A DNA stretch of 64,000 bases, from positions 880 through 64,879 of the forward strand of contig DAHVFG010000002.1 of NCBI GenBank assembly GCA_027317125.1, in the 5' to 3' direction. Positions 29,107 to 39,485 of this stretch are shown piece after piece. Every line of letters starts with the position of its first letter. Within the stretch, counting starts at the first letter, position 1. The position numbers and the translations under genes were made by a program. The DNA comes from Chloroflexota bacterium (GTDB lineage Bacteria > Chloroflexota > Chloroflexia > QHBQ01 > JADMIH01). The notes under the pieces are model-generated. The model was not told where the DNA came from. It worked only from the letters and a program-made list of their open reading frames with translations, and ran no database searches.

Positions 29107-30879
29107 GTGTACACTGTTTTGCTATCACAGGCTGCGCTCACAGCCAATCATCTAAAGCGTCGTGTCGCTGCTCTGGTCAAAAGGCTCGACACGCGACAGC
29201 CGAAGAGGCTAGCCGCGAAGCGGGATGTAGCCTGGGTTGGACCACGTGCGGAAAAATTCACTGAGAGCCTCATCAATAGTAGTGTTGATGGAATACTTGC
29301 CTTTGATGTTGACTGCCGCTACACTCTCTGGAATCCAGGCATGGAACGAATAACGGGTGTAAAGAGCTCAGTTGTGATAGGCAAATGTGCCTTCGAGGTC
29401 TTCCCTTTTCTCAAAGAAACGGGAGAGGACAACTATTTTTATGAGGCCCTCAGCGGCAAAACGGTGGTAGCCAAAGATAGGCCCTTCATTGTGCCGCAGA
29501 CCGGCCAGGACGGCTTTTTCGAGGGTTACTACTCGCCACTTTGTGACTCCCGTGGAAAGGTGATCGGGGCCTCTGCGGTAATACATGATATTACCGAGCG
29601 ATGCCGCATCGAAAAGGAGCTAAGGGAAAGCGAAAGTAAGTACCGTATGCTGGTGGAGCAAGCCTCCGATGGTATCGCCATATACGATAGGCAGGGCATG
29701 ATAGTTGAGGCGAACTCACAAGTTTGTGCTATGGTCCGGTACACACGCGATGAACTCCTCAGGCTCAACGTGACCGATGTTATTGCCCCGCACAATCTGG
29801 CGACTACTCCTCTGCGCTGGGAGAGCCTGAGCAGTGGCGAGTCTGTGATAGGCGAGCGGGTGCTGCTCTGCAAAGATGGGTCGCTTCTTCCTGTGGAGCT
29901 TAGCGCCAAGATGCTCAGCGATGGGCGCGTGCAGACAATCGTCCGAGATATTACAGTGCGTAAAAAGGCCGACGAGGCTATACGCCTGCTCAATGAGGAG
30001 TTGGAGGAGCGCGTCAGCACGCGCACCGCGGAGCTGGAGACCGCGATACACAAGCTGGAGGTCGAGATCGCAGAACGCGAGCGGGTGGAAGCTGAGCTTG
30101 CTGAGTTGCTCTCACGTGAGCAGGCTTCTCGTTCCATCGCCGAGGAGGCGGTACATGCTCGCGACGAACTCCTCTCGATTGTCTCTCATGACTTGAAGAA
30201 TCCGCTTGCAGCAATCAAGGGCAACACACAGTTGTTGCAAAAGCGGGCGGGTACTGGGCACGGGACCGAGAACCAGGCAAAACTCCTGAGGAGGATAGAC
30301 GAGGCCGCAACAAAAATGCTCTTACTTGTTGATGAGCTTATGGATTTTGGCCGCTTGCAGGGAGGCCAGCAACTTTCGCTACAGCTACGTTCAACAGACC
30401 TCGTGGAGCTAGTCCGGCAAGTAGTGGATGACCAGCAGCAGCGCACTAACATCCACAAAATAATCTTCGAGCCTTCTCTACCAGAGCTTGTGGGCCTCTT
30501 TGATGTACCACGACTTGAGCGGGTCATTACCAATTTACTCACCAACGCAATCAAATACAGCCCGGCCGTCGGAGAGATTAAGGTAGAGGTCGCCCAGGTG
30601 ACCGATGTAAGGGGGGCGCGCGCCAGGATCAGCGTGAGAGATCAGGGTCTGGGAATAGGCGCTGAGGAGCTGCCCCACATCTTCGAGTGGTTCCGACGTG
30701 CCGGTGAGCACTCAGGAAGGATAAGCGGCGCAGGTATTGGACTGGCAAATGCCCGTCAGGTAATAGAGCAGCATGGCGGTTCAATCAGCGTAGAAAGCAT
30801 TGAAGGAAAAGGCTCAACCTTCACGATCGAACTGGCTATCACTGCTCCCTCGTCGGAGAGAAACGACGCACAGCATTGA
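29107..30879 (+). CDS. PAS-PAS sensor histidine kinase
   Basis: Two PAS modules, a coiled coil, HisKA box SIVSHDLKNPLAAI, and HATPase N/G boxes (NLLTNAIKYS, GAGIGLA). GTG start uncertain. Confidence 0.85.
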   Translation: MYTVLLSQAALTANHLKRRVAALVKRLDTRQPKRLAAKRDVAWVGPRAEKFTESLINSSVDGILAFDVDCRYTLWNPGMERITGVKSSVVIGKCAFEVFPFLKETGEDNYFYEALSGKTVVAKDRPFIVPQTGQDGFFEGYYSPLCDSRGKVIGASAVIHDITERCRIEKELRESESKYRMLVEQASDGIAIYDRQGMIVEANSQVCAMVRYTRDELLRLNVTDVIAPHNLATTPLRWESLSSGESVIGERVLLCKDGSLLPVELSAKMLSDGRVQTIVRDITVRKKADEAIRLLNEELEERVSTRTAELETAIHKLEVEIAERERVEAELAELLSREQASRSIAEEAVHARDELLSIVSHDLKNPLAAIKGNTQLLQKRAGTGHGTENQAKLLRRIDEAATKMLLLVDELMDFGRLQGGQQLSLQLRSTDLVELVRQVVDDQQQRTNIHKIIFEPSLPELVGLFDVPRLERVITNLLTNAIKYSPAVGEIKVEVAQVTDVRGARARISVRDQGLGIGAEELPHIFEWFRRAGEHSGRISGAGIGLANARQVIEQHGGSISVESIEGKGSTFTIELAITAPSSERNDAQH

Positions 30880-30939
30880 GAGCGAAAGGGAATTACGGCT
30901 GCCAGCTTTGTCTTTGCCTAGAGCGCGCCGCGCGGCAGC

Positions 30940-31266
30940 CTAACTCCGGCCCGCCCTACATAGCTCTCTATATTCAGGGTCAACAATTTCAATGTACTGA
31001 GGGTGGAGCTGAATATAGCTCGTAACAAAAGGGCACCGGGGGATTACCGTCAGCCGTCGGGCGTGCGCGTCTTGCAGAGCTGCCTCTACCAGCTTGCTGC
31101 CAATGCCCTGCCCCTCAAGCTCTTCGGGCACTTCAGTATGAGTGAAGACTACGCACTCGCCGGAGAGGGTGTAGTCCAGAAACGCGACATATCCGGGCAG
31201 AATAGCTTCAAAGCGATGTGCAGCTTCATTGTTTTTGACCGTTAGGCTATCAGGGTTCACAGTCAT
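30940..31266 (-). CDS. Small GNAT-like acetyltransferase (YjdJ-type)
   Basis: 108 aa. HTEVPEELEGQGIGSKLVEAAL...IPRCPFV pattern. Confidence 0.7.
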   Translation of the reverse strand: MTVNPDSLTVKNNEAAHRFEAILPGYVAFLDYTLSGECVVFTHTEVPEELEGQGIGSKLVEAALQDAHARRLTVIPRCPFVTSYIQLHPQYIEIVDPEYRELCRAGRS

Positions 31267-31492
31267 GATTTATGTCTCTAAATTGCTTGCTGAGATTGTG
31301 CAGGATAACGGACCCTATGCCTCTGCCCTGAGACAGAGCGACGGGCTGAACAGAGTAAGTATGTAACACAGACGGGAAATCTATATTGCATATTATAGCA
31401 TTATTATGACGCTAGGAAGGACGGAAGGTGCGATGGTGAGCAGCTTACTTCGCAAGATGAGTTAGCACGTAGCACTCAGCTACCGGAAAGGT

Positions 31493-32293
31493 ATGGCATC
31501 TGTGGAGAGGAAAGTAGTAATTATAACAGGCGCGTCCAGCGGAATCGGGCGAGCAGTGGCTTTGTTGGCTGCTCGCAAAGGGTACTGTGTGGTGCTCAAC
31601 GCTCGGCGGGGAGGCTTGCTGGCGGAAGTGGCCCGCAAGATAGAAGCCGACGGCGGTAAGGCGATTGCTGTGGTGGGTGACATGACACGTTTAGAAGACC
31701 AGAGGCGATTGGTCAATGAGGCAATAAGCCAATTCAGGCGAATAGATATACTTGTCAACAATGCGGGACTCCCTCTGCCCACGAGCTTCAGCGCGGCGGA
31801 GCCGGAGGAGTTGCGGCGCCAGTGGGACGTAAACGTGACCGCCCTTTCTACCCTGACGCGTATCGCGCTGCCTTATCTGCGTGAATCAGGGGGGGTGGTG
31901 GTGAATATCGGCTCATCTATCAGCCGTTTCGCTGTGCCTGGCATGGGCAACTACAGCCCGACCAAGATCGCAGTAGCCGGACTGAGCGACGCCTTGCGTA
32001 GAGAGCTAACCGCCCAGGGGGTAGATGTTTGCCTGGTAGAGCCTGGCCCTATCGCCACCGAATTCACCGAGCGGGCAGGTGGAGACAGAGGCAGCTATTC
32101 ACCGCTTTCCATCTCAGCAGCAGAGGCTGCGGTGCCGATTGTGCGTCTCTTCCAGCACCCGCGCAGCCGTATTGTCGTGCCCGGCTGGCTTGGGCCGGTG
32201 CTGCTGGTGGCAGGCGTGCTGATGCGCGTAGCCTCTCCACTGGTTGATGCAGTTTTCTTCGCTCTCGTGAGGCGTCGTATGCATCGCCGCTAA
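31493..32293 (+). CDS. SDR family oxidoreductase
   Basis: TGASSGIGRAVA, NNAG and YSPTK motifs, plus a hydrophobic C-terminal tail. Confidence 0.85.
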   Translation: MASVERKVVIITGASSGIGRAVALLAARKGYCVVLNARRGGLLAEVARKIEADGGKAIAVVGDMTRLEDQRRLVNEAISQFRRIDILVNNAGLPLPTSFSAAEPEELRRQWDVNVTALSTLTRIALPYLRESGGVVVNIGSSISRFAVPGMGNYSPTKIAVAGLSDALRRELTAQGVDVCLVEPGPIATEFTERAGGDRGSYSPLSISAAEAAVPIVRLFQHPRSRIVVPGWLGPVLLVAGVLMRVASPLVDAVFFALVRRRMHRR

Positions 32294-32316
32294 GAGAGTG
32301 CTCGTGCAAGCCGTGC

Positions 32317-33540
32317 TCAGGGTAGCAAACCGGCAGTCATGTGCCATAAGCGCACCGTGCCATCGTCGGACGCCGAAGCAAGGGTCCGCCCATCTGGTGC
32401 CCAGGCGACACTGTTCACCTGGGCATTATGCCCTCTGAGGGTTGCCCACAATGTGCCATTGGCTAGCCACAAGCGCACCGCCTTATCATTGCTGCCCGAA
32501 GCTAGCAGACCCCCGGTGCGGTTCCAGGCCACGCTGCTTACCGATGCCCTGATCGACAGGTGATTGGCTATCGTGGTGCCATCCGGCTTCCAGAAACTCA
32601 CGCCGTTGCCGCCCGCCAGGGTTCGGCCATCGGGTGACCATGCGAGAGCGTCCACGTTCCCATTATTTTGTATGCTCGTGGTTACATTGCCTGCGGTATC
32701 GTAGATTTCGATATTTCCGCTCTCGTCGCCTATCGCCCAGCGGGTGCTATCTGGCGACCAGGCCAGCGCCCAGGCGGGTGTACCTCCTGCGGTGTGAGCT
32801 ACCTCTACACCATCGGCACGCCACAGCTTGTAATCGGTGGCCCCTCCGACTAGCCACTTGCCGTCGGGCGACCAGGCCAGATTGAAGAACTTGCCGCCAC
32901 TGTCCAGAGTACGCATCGTACGCAGCAAGGTGCCGTCGGGCCGCCAGAGTTGCACGGTGGGCATAGGGAAAGTCACGATCGAAGCTACAGCCAACGTCTT
33001 GCCATCGGGCGACCAGGCCAGGCCAAAGACAGTACCGGCCCCGCTGTTTATGGTGCGGGCCGGAGAGCCATCACGGTGCCACAAGCGAACGGTTTGGTCC
33101 CGTGAACCCGATGCCAGCAGGGTGCCATCAGGCGACCACGCCAGGCTAAAAATGCCGTCCGTGTGGCCTCGCAAGGCGGGAAGTGGAGTGCCGTCAGACT
33201 TCCACAGGCGCACCTGTGGGTCTCCTCCATTACTTCCCAGCGCGCCTGAGCCTGCGGCCAGGAAAGTGCCATCCGGCGACCATACCAGGCTGGTGACAGG
33301 CGTAATGATGCCGGTTAGCAGGGTTGAGGTGATTGCCGGGCCGATTTGCGTCGCCGTGGGCGGGGTGGGCGACAGGGCTTGGCTTGTGCTCGTCGGCCCA
33401 GGTGGCGTCTCACCCGCCGTGGTTTGAGCGCGGGTAGCGCTTGGGACGGGGCGGGTATCAGGCGCGGGACCAGGGGCAGAGCTGAGCTCGCAGCCGGAAC
33501 TCAGCGTCAGCAACATCACAAGGACAAGAGCGCGAGCCAT
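32317..33540 (-). CDS. WD40-repeat beta-propeller lipoprotein
   Basis: Lipobox LTLSSGC, a Thr/Pro-rich linker, and repeated WSPDG..LASGS.D.TVRLW units. Confidence 0.85.
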   Translation of the reverse strand: MARALVLVMLLTLSSGCELSSAPGPAPDTRPVPSATRAQTTAGETPPGPTSTSQALSPTPPTATQIGPAITSTLLTGIITPVTSLVWSPDGTFLAAGSGALGSNGGDPQVRLWKSDGTPLPALRGHTDGIFSLAWSPDGTLLASGSRDQTVRLWHRDGSPARTINSGAGTVFGLAWSPDGKTLAVASIVTFPMPTVQLWRPDGTLLRTMRTLDSGGKFFNLAWSPDGKWLVGGATDYKLWRADGVEVAHTAGGTPAWALAWSPDSTRWAIGDESGNIEIYDTAGNVTTSIQNNGNVDALAWSPDGRTLAGGNGVSFWKPDGTTIANHLSIRASVSSVAWNRTGGLLASGSNDKAVRLWLANGTLWATLRGHNAQVNSVAWAPDGRTLASASDDGTVRLWHMTAGLLP

Positions 33541-33591
33541 ACGCTGACCTCAATCGGAAATGTAGCACTGAGTAGTGATTCATCACTCCGA

Positions 33592-33620
33592 ATCTTATAC
33601 TATGGTGCACCACATGTCAA
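33592..33620 (-). promoter_or_regulatory. Putative sigma-70-type promoter of the WD40 lipoprotein gene
   Basis: On the minus strand: TTGACA (33620-33615), 17-bp spacer, TAAGAT (33597-33592). The -35 lies 6 bp from the MITE D TSD. Confidence 0.5.
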
Positions 33621-33634
33621 GACCAATTGAGGGC

Positions 33635-33798
33635 GTAAGTGTTCAGGTTAGGGGTATAGCAATCTTCAAGGAGTGGCTGTGGAGGCGTACCCTTACATAC
33701 CCTTACGTACCCTCACCCCCAACCCCCTCTACCTTCATGGGAGAGGGGGTTGGGGGTGAGGGGCGGGACACCTCTGCACCCTTACTCTGAACACTTAC
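33635..33798. mobile_element. MITE copy D (one-module form)
   Basis: TIRs gtaagtgttcagg / tctgaacacttac. Perfect 8-bp TSD TTGAGGGC at 33627-33634 and 33799-33806. Confidence 0.85.
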
Positions 33799-33806
33799 TT
33801 GAGGGC

Positions 33807-33907
33807 GTAAGGATTCAGATTTTGGGTTGAGAAGCTGTGCGGGTAAGAGCGGGGCGCTGCTTTGCCCTTGCAGTTACATCGTCTGTACCCTAATCCTGAA
33901 CGTTTAC
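33807..33907. mobile_element. MITE copy E (short variant lacking the CCCTCTCCC module)
   Basis: gtaaggattcagattttgggt ... accctaatcctgaacgtttac. Left flank TTGAGGGC vs right flank TTCAGTGC (6/8 identical). Confidence 0.65.
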
Positions 33908-33987
33908 TTCAGTGCCAATCAAGGTAGGCTCTTGTGCCTGGCTGTGTGGGCGTGTCACATTTTGCTACAGGCTTGTACAAAGGTGTG

Positions 33988-34950
33988 CTACGCAAACTGT
34001 GGAATCACATCACGGGCGAACCTTTGCAATGGCTCCTGGTCGTAGGCTACACGCGGTATGTAGATAATAAAATAGGTGACTCCTGCTTCGACCAGAGGCT
34101 CCAGGCGAGCGCGTATTTGCTCAGGTGTGCCAACCCACACAGATTCGGCGTACTCCTGATAGCTCTTGTTGCCTCTCGCCGCGGCGGTCGCCTTCTCAGG
34201 ATTATCCCCTTCTTTGAGCAAAAATACGTCGCGGCTGGTCGAGCGAATGATCTCATCATAGTTGCGCCCCAGATCATCACAATGCTTCTTCAACACCTCG
34301 AACTTGTGACGCAAGGTATCCACATCGCCTCCTACATTGCAGGCGTTTGCGTACTGCGCCACCAGCTTCAGCGTTACGCGCTCTCCGCCGCCGCCGATCC
34401 AGAATGAGGGGTGGGGCTTCTGCACACCTTTCGGCTCGTTTATCGGCTTGTCTATGGTGTAATAGTTGCCGCTAAACTGCGGGTAGTCCTCGGTCCACAT
34501 CGAGTGGATGATGCGGCACGCCTCGCGAAACGCCTTCATCCGGTCGGGCACTTCGGGGAAACCATATCCGTAGGCGCGCCATTCGTTCTCGTACCAGCCC
34601 GCGCCGAGGCCAAAGAGCAACCGCCCATTGCTCATAACGTCCACAGTGGATGCCATCTTCGCCAGCAGCGCGGGGTTGCGGTAGCCGTTGCAGGTGACCA
34701 TCTGGCCGATTTTGATCCGGCTGGTATCGCGGGATAGCCCCGCTGTACTTATCCAGGCTTCGAAGGTGGTTTCAAGCTCCGGTGTTGGGACCGTATGGAA
34801 GTGGTCATAGACCCATACGGAATCGTAGCCGCTTTCCTCCGCAACTTGCGCCACTCGCGTCATCGCCTCGTACTGCTCGACCGGATCGCGAATCTCTGTG
34901 AGGTCCAGCCTCCAGCCCTGCGGCACGAAAAGACCAAAAGTTATCGCCAT
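33988..34950 (-). CDS. LLM-class (luciferase-like) F420-dependent oxidoreductase
   Basis: FGLFVPQGW N-terminus, GLGAGWYENEW, PHPSFWIGGGGE. Start at 34950 or 34959; the ORF is open to 35037. Confidence 0.8.
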   Translation of the reverse strand: MAITFGLFVPQGWRLDLTEIRDPVEQYEAMTRVAQVAEESGYDSVWVYDHFHTVPTPELETTFEAWISTAGLSRDTSRIKIGQMVTCNGYRNPALLAKMASTVDVMSNGRLLFGLGAGWYENEWRAYGYGFPEVPDRMKAFREACRIIHSMWTEDYPQFSGNYYTIDKPINEPKGVQKPHPSFWIGGGGERVTLKLVAQYANACNVGGDVDTLRHKFEVLKKHCDDLGRNYDEIIRSTSRDVFLLKEGDNPEKATAAARGNKSYQEYAESVWVGTPEQIRARLEPLVEAGVTYFIIYIPRVAYDQEPLQRFARDVIPQFA

Positions 34951-35373
34951 AATATACATCGTCCTTTCAATATGAGTGTACTCGTAACTGAACCACCTGT
35001 GAGCCATTAAAAAAGTCTGCTCTTTGCAGGCCCCCACCTATCCTTTGCCAGTTAATCAAGTCTCATGCCAGAGGTTGTGCTTTCTCTATGTAGACTTGCT
35101 GGAGGTAGGTTGAGAAGCCAGGGTCACTTGCTCTCCTTGAAGCTATACCACTACAACTTTACGGAGTAAATGCGTAAAAGCCTCTGGGAATCTTTTGCGC
35201 TAAACTAACATCGTCTCTGGCTAAGGCATCACCGGTTGGTTATGCTACATGAGCCGGCGTTACAGAGCGTATGCCACAACAGCGTGACACGCTTGGCATG
35301 AGTCGTGATGAGACATCGCTTCGGAGCTTTTTCGTTTGCCGTTCGTTACAACTACTTTATAGAAAGTTATTTT

Positions 35374-37458
35374 ATGCTGCATAGCTCTTTGCTGGAAGTC
35401 GTCCAGGCTGTAACCCGCGCGGCCAATGAGGCAACAACTATAGAAGCCGCTGCTCAGGTCTGCCTGGACAGTGTATGTGACTTTACGGGCTGGCCGGTTG
35501 GGCATCTCTACCTCGTCGCTGCTACACAATCCCAGCACGCTCAACCGGAGCAATCCTTAGGACCAGCACTCTACGGGCCTGGGCAGCAACAAGAACGGGC
35601 GCCTTTGCAGCTGGCAGCCACTGACGTGTGGCACCTTGGCAATCCTCAGAGATTCCAGCGCTTTCGTGAAGCAACGGAATCTATGGAGCTTCCACCTGGC
35701 GTTGGGCTTCCCGGTCAGGTCGCGCAAGCAGGCGGTCCGGTTTGGGTAGCTGATGTAACCCATGATCCTAATTTCCCCAGGCAGCAAATTGCCGCCGATG
35801 CTGGAATCAAGGCTGCTTTTGCTTTCCCTGTGTGGGCTGAAACGGAGATCGTAGCCGTTTTGGAGTTCTTTGCCCTGGCTGTTATAGAACCTGACGCGCC
35901 ACTACTGGAAGCCATGTCGCACGTGGGGATTCAGCTTGGACGTGTGGTAGAACGCCAGCGCGCGGAGGAAGCGCTGCGCGCATCGGAGCTGCGGTTTCGC
36001 TCTGTGGCGCAGTCTGCTAACGACGCTATAATTTCCTCTGACAGCTCAGGTAAGATCACCTTCTGGAACAACGGAGCGCGAGTTATCTTCGGTTATAGCG
36101 AGGAAGAGGTGCTCGGTAAACCTCTGACAGTGCTGATGCCCGCCCGCTATCTTACCAGCCACATGGAGGGGATAGAGCGGGTGAATACGACGGGTGAAAC
36201 CCGCATCATCGGCAAAACAGTTGAACTGTACGGGCTGCGCAAGGATGGAAGTGAATTTCCGCTTGAGCTATCGCTTGCTACCTGGACTACATCGGGAGGT
36301 ACATTCTACACAGGGATCATAAAGGACATCACCGAGCGAGCGCTGGCAACTGAAGAGCTTATGCAGCTGAATGAGGAGTTGGAACGCAGAGTGGCTGAGC
36401 GTACTTCGGAGCTCGAAGCTCAGGAGGCGATTCTTACTGCTACCTTTGAAGCCACTCCCATCGGCATAGTGCTGGGCGATACGCAATTGAGAGTTGTCAA
36501 CTTCAACTCAGAGTGGGCGCGCATTATGGGTGTGGACCTCGGCGCCGCGAAGGGCAGGCTCATATTTGAGGTTGTGCCCTCAGCAGAAGAAAGAAGGGGT
36601 TTGTACGAGCAGACGCTAACGGGTACTCCTGTAGACCTGGCAGGTGCGCCGATGCGGCCTGCATACGACACAACAGAACATTACTACGATGTGCATATGC
36701 GCCCGGTCCGCGATAGCTCAGGCTCGATTACGGGGTTGCTGTCTGCGGTAGTTGACGTTACTCAGCGTGTAACTGCTGACAGGCAAAAGAATGAGTTCAT
36801 CACTCTCGCATCGCATGAGCTGAATACGCCGATAGCTGCAATCCGTGGCTATGCTCAACTTGCCCTCCGTGTTTCCAATGGCCTTCAGGATGAGCGTATA
36901 ACACGAGCGCTCGAAAGGATTGATGATCAGACAAAGCGGATGGCCTTTCTGGTGGAAGACTTGCTGGACGTGGCGCACGTGCAGCGCGGCACGCTTGCTC
37001 TGAAGCGCCAGCCGCTCGATCTGGTCAGCCTTGTGCAGCAAAGTGTCGAGGAGTTTCGCGTCAGAACCCCGGATTTTACCTTTGTTACCGATCTACCTGG
37101 TGCGCCTCTCATGGTCGCTGCGGACCCTCTGCGCATTCGACAAGTACTAACAAATCTGGTAGAGAATGCTGTTAAATACTCACTCAGCCGGCGTGTGGTG
37201 GAGATTACTGTGACATCGGCCACTTCGGAGGCGGTCGTGGCGGTGCGCGACCACGGTATAGGTGTGCCTGGCGAGCAGCAAAGCAAGATTTTCCAGCAGT
37301 TCTTCAGGTCGAACAATATCCAACAACACCGGAGCGGGCTGGGGTTAGGGCTCTTCATCTCCAAAGAGATAGTATCACAGCATGGTGGGCGCATCTGGCT
37401 CGCTTCAGCGCCGGGAAGTGGGAGCACATTCTACTTCTCACTCCCTGCTGCTACATAG
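35374..37458 (+). CDS. GAF-PAS-PAS sensor histidine kinase
   Basis: GAF-like N-terminus, two PAS modules, HisKA FITLASHELNTPIAAI, and HATPase (NLVENAVKYS, GLGLGLF). Start uncertain; the ORF is open from 35305. Confidence 0.85.
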   Translation: MLHSSLLEVVQAVTRAANEATTIEAAAQVCLDSVCDFTGWPVGHLYLVAATQSQHAQPEQSLGPALYGPGQQQERAPLQLAATDVWHLGNPQRFQRFREATESMELPPGVGLPGQVAQAGGPVWVADVTHDPNFPRQQIAADAGIKAAFAFPVWAETEIVAVLEFFALAVIEPDAPLLEAMSHVGIQLGRVVERQRAEEALRASELRFRSVAQSANDAIISSDSSGKITFWNNGARVIFGYSEEEVLGKPLTVLMPARYLTSHMEGIERVNTTGETRIIGKTVELYGLRKDGSEFPLELSLATWTTSGGTFYTGIIKDITERALATEELMQLNEELERRVAERTSELEAQEAILTATFEATPIGIVLGDTQLRVVNFNSEWARIMGVDLGAAKGRLIFEVVPSAEERRGLYEQTLTGTPVDLAGAPMRPAYDTTEHYYDVHMRPVRDSSGSITGLLSAVVDVTQRVTADRQKNEFITLASHELNTPIAAIRGYAQLALRVSNGLQDERITRALERIDDQTKRMAFLVEDLLDVAHVQRGTLALKRQPLDLVSLVQQSVEEFRVRTPDFTFVTDLPGAPLMVAADPLRIRQVLTNLVENAVKYSLSRRVVEITVTSATSEAVVAVRDHGIGVPGEQQSKIFQQFFRSNNIQQHRSGLGLGLFISKEIVSQHGGRIWLASAPGSGSTFYFSLPAAT

Positions 37459-37467
37459 TGAGGGGGG

Positions 37468-37761
37468 TTAGTAGTGTCGTGTGGCGCGGCCAGGATTATA
37501 AGGGCGCTCTTGTAGCTCTTTCAGGCACGCTTTGCAAACATCTAACATATATCCCGGCTGCGGATGGCCGCCCGCGTACTCAGGCACCAGGCGCTTGATC
37601 ATCTCGTAGTCGCCCGTCACTGAATAACGGTGTGTACAGATACCCTCATCGGCTTGTAGCAATCTCGCACTGGCTTCCTGCGCCAGGCAGCTGGGGCAGT
37701 GCAGCCGGTAAGATGTGTTAGGGCAGCCCGGCGTCAGGCATTTAGCTGTTGTATGTAGCAT
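37468..37761 (-). CDS. Hypothetical Cys-rich (zinc-ribbon-like) protein
   Basis: 97-aa ORF with CxxxxC..CxxC and CxxC pairs. No family recognised. Confidence 0.35.
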   Translation of the reverse strand: MLHTTAKCLTPGCPNTSYRLHCPSCLAQEASARLLQADEGICTHRYSVTGDYEMIKRLVPEYAGGHPQPGYMLDVCKACLKELQERPYNPGRATRHY

Positions 37762-37865
37762 TGAACGCTCCTTTACTGGTAGTTAGCGTTGATCCGAGCT
37801 TGCCTACCTTAAGAAGGCGCTTGAAGGCAAACGTCTCCACTTGACGGCAGGCCCGGGGCGGCCCT

Positions 37866-38201
37866 TCATGTTGGCTTGCCTGGGTGGTGCCACAGGACGC
37901 CACGTGGTAACTGACCCAGCGCCTGGAGCACCTCGCAATCACAGCTTGCACCCAGTTCTTCGAGGGCCTGGATAGCGGACGCTACATGCTGCCTGGCCAC
38001 GCCTGTGCTTAGAATATCGCGGGTAAAGCGGAAGTCGCCGTAGCATCCAATGGTCAGCACAAGGCGTAGACGTCCCGCCAGGCTGTCGGGGTGGATCCCC
38101 AGAGCGGCGAGTTGGTCCAGCTCTTCCTGGCGGAGAATGCGTCCCTCCGGGCCGCCACGCTGATGCCCACCGGGCGCTCTCGTTCTTTTATCTGACATCA
38201 C
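37866..38201 (-). CDS. Hypothetical protein
   Basis: 111-aa ORF with no good RBS and no family recognised. Confidence 0.3.
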   Translation of the reverse strand: MMSDKRTRAPGGHQRGGPEGRILRQEELDQLAALGIHPDSLAGRLRLVLTIGCYGDFRFTRDILSTGVARQHVASAIQALEELGASCDCEVLQALGQLPRGVLWHHPGKPT

Positions 38202-38540
38202 GGCTCGCAGATTAAGCTCCTAAAGGAGGCGTGCAATGAATCTCTACAGAACGGCCTTGGTCGGCGAAAGTCAGCTTTTCGAGTAGAGCCTGTACGTTTA
38301 TTGCGTGAAGCTACAGAGGCCCAATGTGGCGGCGACGGCGGTTGTGCTGCTCCGTGTAGTCATGAGGTTAGCGATAAGTCGGGCGGCGATCATCTGGAGC
38401 CTTTTGTTGCAAGCTTCGGTATCGCAGTCTCTCCTGTTCACCTTGCACTATACCACCTTTGGCCTCGGCCCGCAACGGCCCAGGCGGCTACTCCCTTCGC
38501 CCTGTTCGCGGTCCTTAGCAGCGTTGCCTCAACTTGTCGC

Positions 38541-39329
38541 TTATGTGCTGGCTGCTGGCGGTTGTCCGTCGTCTCCTGTGGAAGCGGAGTTACTGCCTGA
38601 TTTATCGCGGTGGAAGTCGGCGGGCGGCTCGGCATAGCGCTGCAAGCCTGCGCCTGGCCCCAGTTCACTGGCAGGCACAGATAGCCTTTTTGCTTTGCAT
38701 TCCAGTGCGAACGCCAGCAGACCTACAACGCTGTCGAGGTCGAGCACAGTGGTGTTTACAGTAATGTCATAGAGGTGCGCATCTTCGGGGCTTTGATGGT
38801 GTTCTGCCGCTAGAAAGCGAACCCGGTCGCGGTCTTTATGCTGTATGCGCGCCTGCGCTGCTGCGCGATCAATTCTTTCGCGCTGCATGACATAGGCAAT
38901 CCGCTCTTCGAGGCTGGCGACGACCCGCACGTGGAGGACGTCGCGGCGGTCTCGCAGCAGTATTTGGGCGCCTCGGCCCACTATTACTGAGTGCCCTGTC
39001 GCCAGTGCGCCCTCTACAACACGATGCCGCGCTTCATCATAAGCGTCAGAAGAGGTCATAAGTTGAACCGGTATGCCGACGGGCGCAGGTGATTGAAGCA
39101 CAGTGAGGCCACTCAGAATCCGCGACACGATCCCCTCCACGTGCTCGTCGTGCGTTTCTGCTTCGGCCTCACTCACTCCCAGAGCTTTCGCAACCTCCAC
39201 TACCACTTCATGGTCAATCAGCTGCCACCCCAGGCGCGTGGCGAGGCGCGCCGCGATCTCCCCACCACCGCTGCCGTATTCGCGTGAAATGGTAACCGCT
39301 CGCATTCTGGAAATCTCTGCTTCTTTCAT
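38541..39329 (-). CDS. Cytidylate kinase-like family protein (P-loop)
   Basis: ITISREYGSGGGEIAARLATRLGW N-terminal signature. Start at 39329 with GGGAGGA 5 nt upstream; the ORF is open to 39350. Confidence 0.75.
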   Translation of the reverse strand: MKEAEISRMRAVTISREYGSGGGEIAARLATRLGWQLIDHEVVVEVAKALGVSEAEAETHDEHVEGIVSRILSGLTVLQSPAPVGIPVQLMTSSDAYDEARHRVVEGALATGHSVIVGRGAQILLRDRRDVLHVRVVASLEERIAYVMQRERIDRAAAQARIQHKDRDRVRFLAAEHHQSPEDAHLYDITVNTTVLDLDSVVGLLAFALECKAKRLSVPASELGPGAGLQRYAEPPADFHRDKSGSNSASTGDDGQPPAAST

Positions 39330-39485
39330 CTTGTCCTCCCGACTTACCATTAGTGGTTACAGCAGATATTCTACGACAAAGTTCCAAAGTTAGACAGGCC
39401 GTTGAAAGATGAACATGGGGATTTGCCGATCTGGGCAAAGACCTTTGCCTTCAGTTTAGAGCAATAGCCTGCTCGCCTCTATAAA

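Noticed and set aside
38223-38286. Strong AAGGAGG followed 6 nt later by a 16-codon ORF (MNLYRTALVGESQLFE) on the + strand.
   Set aside because: It is too short to evaluate and has no conservation information. The SD-like string may be incidental in the upstream region of the divergent hypothetical gene.
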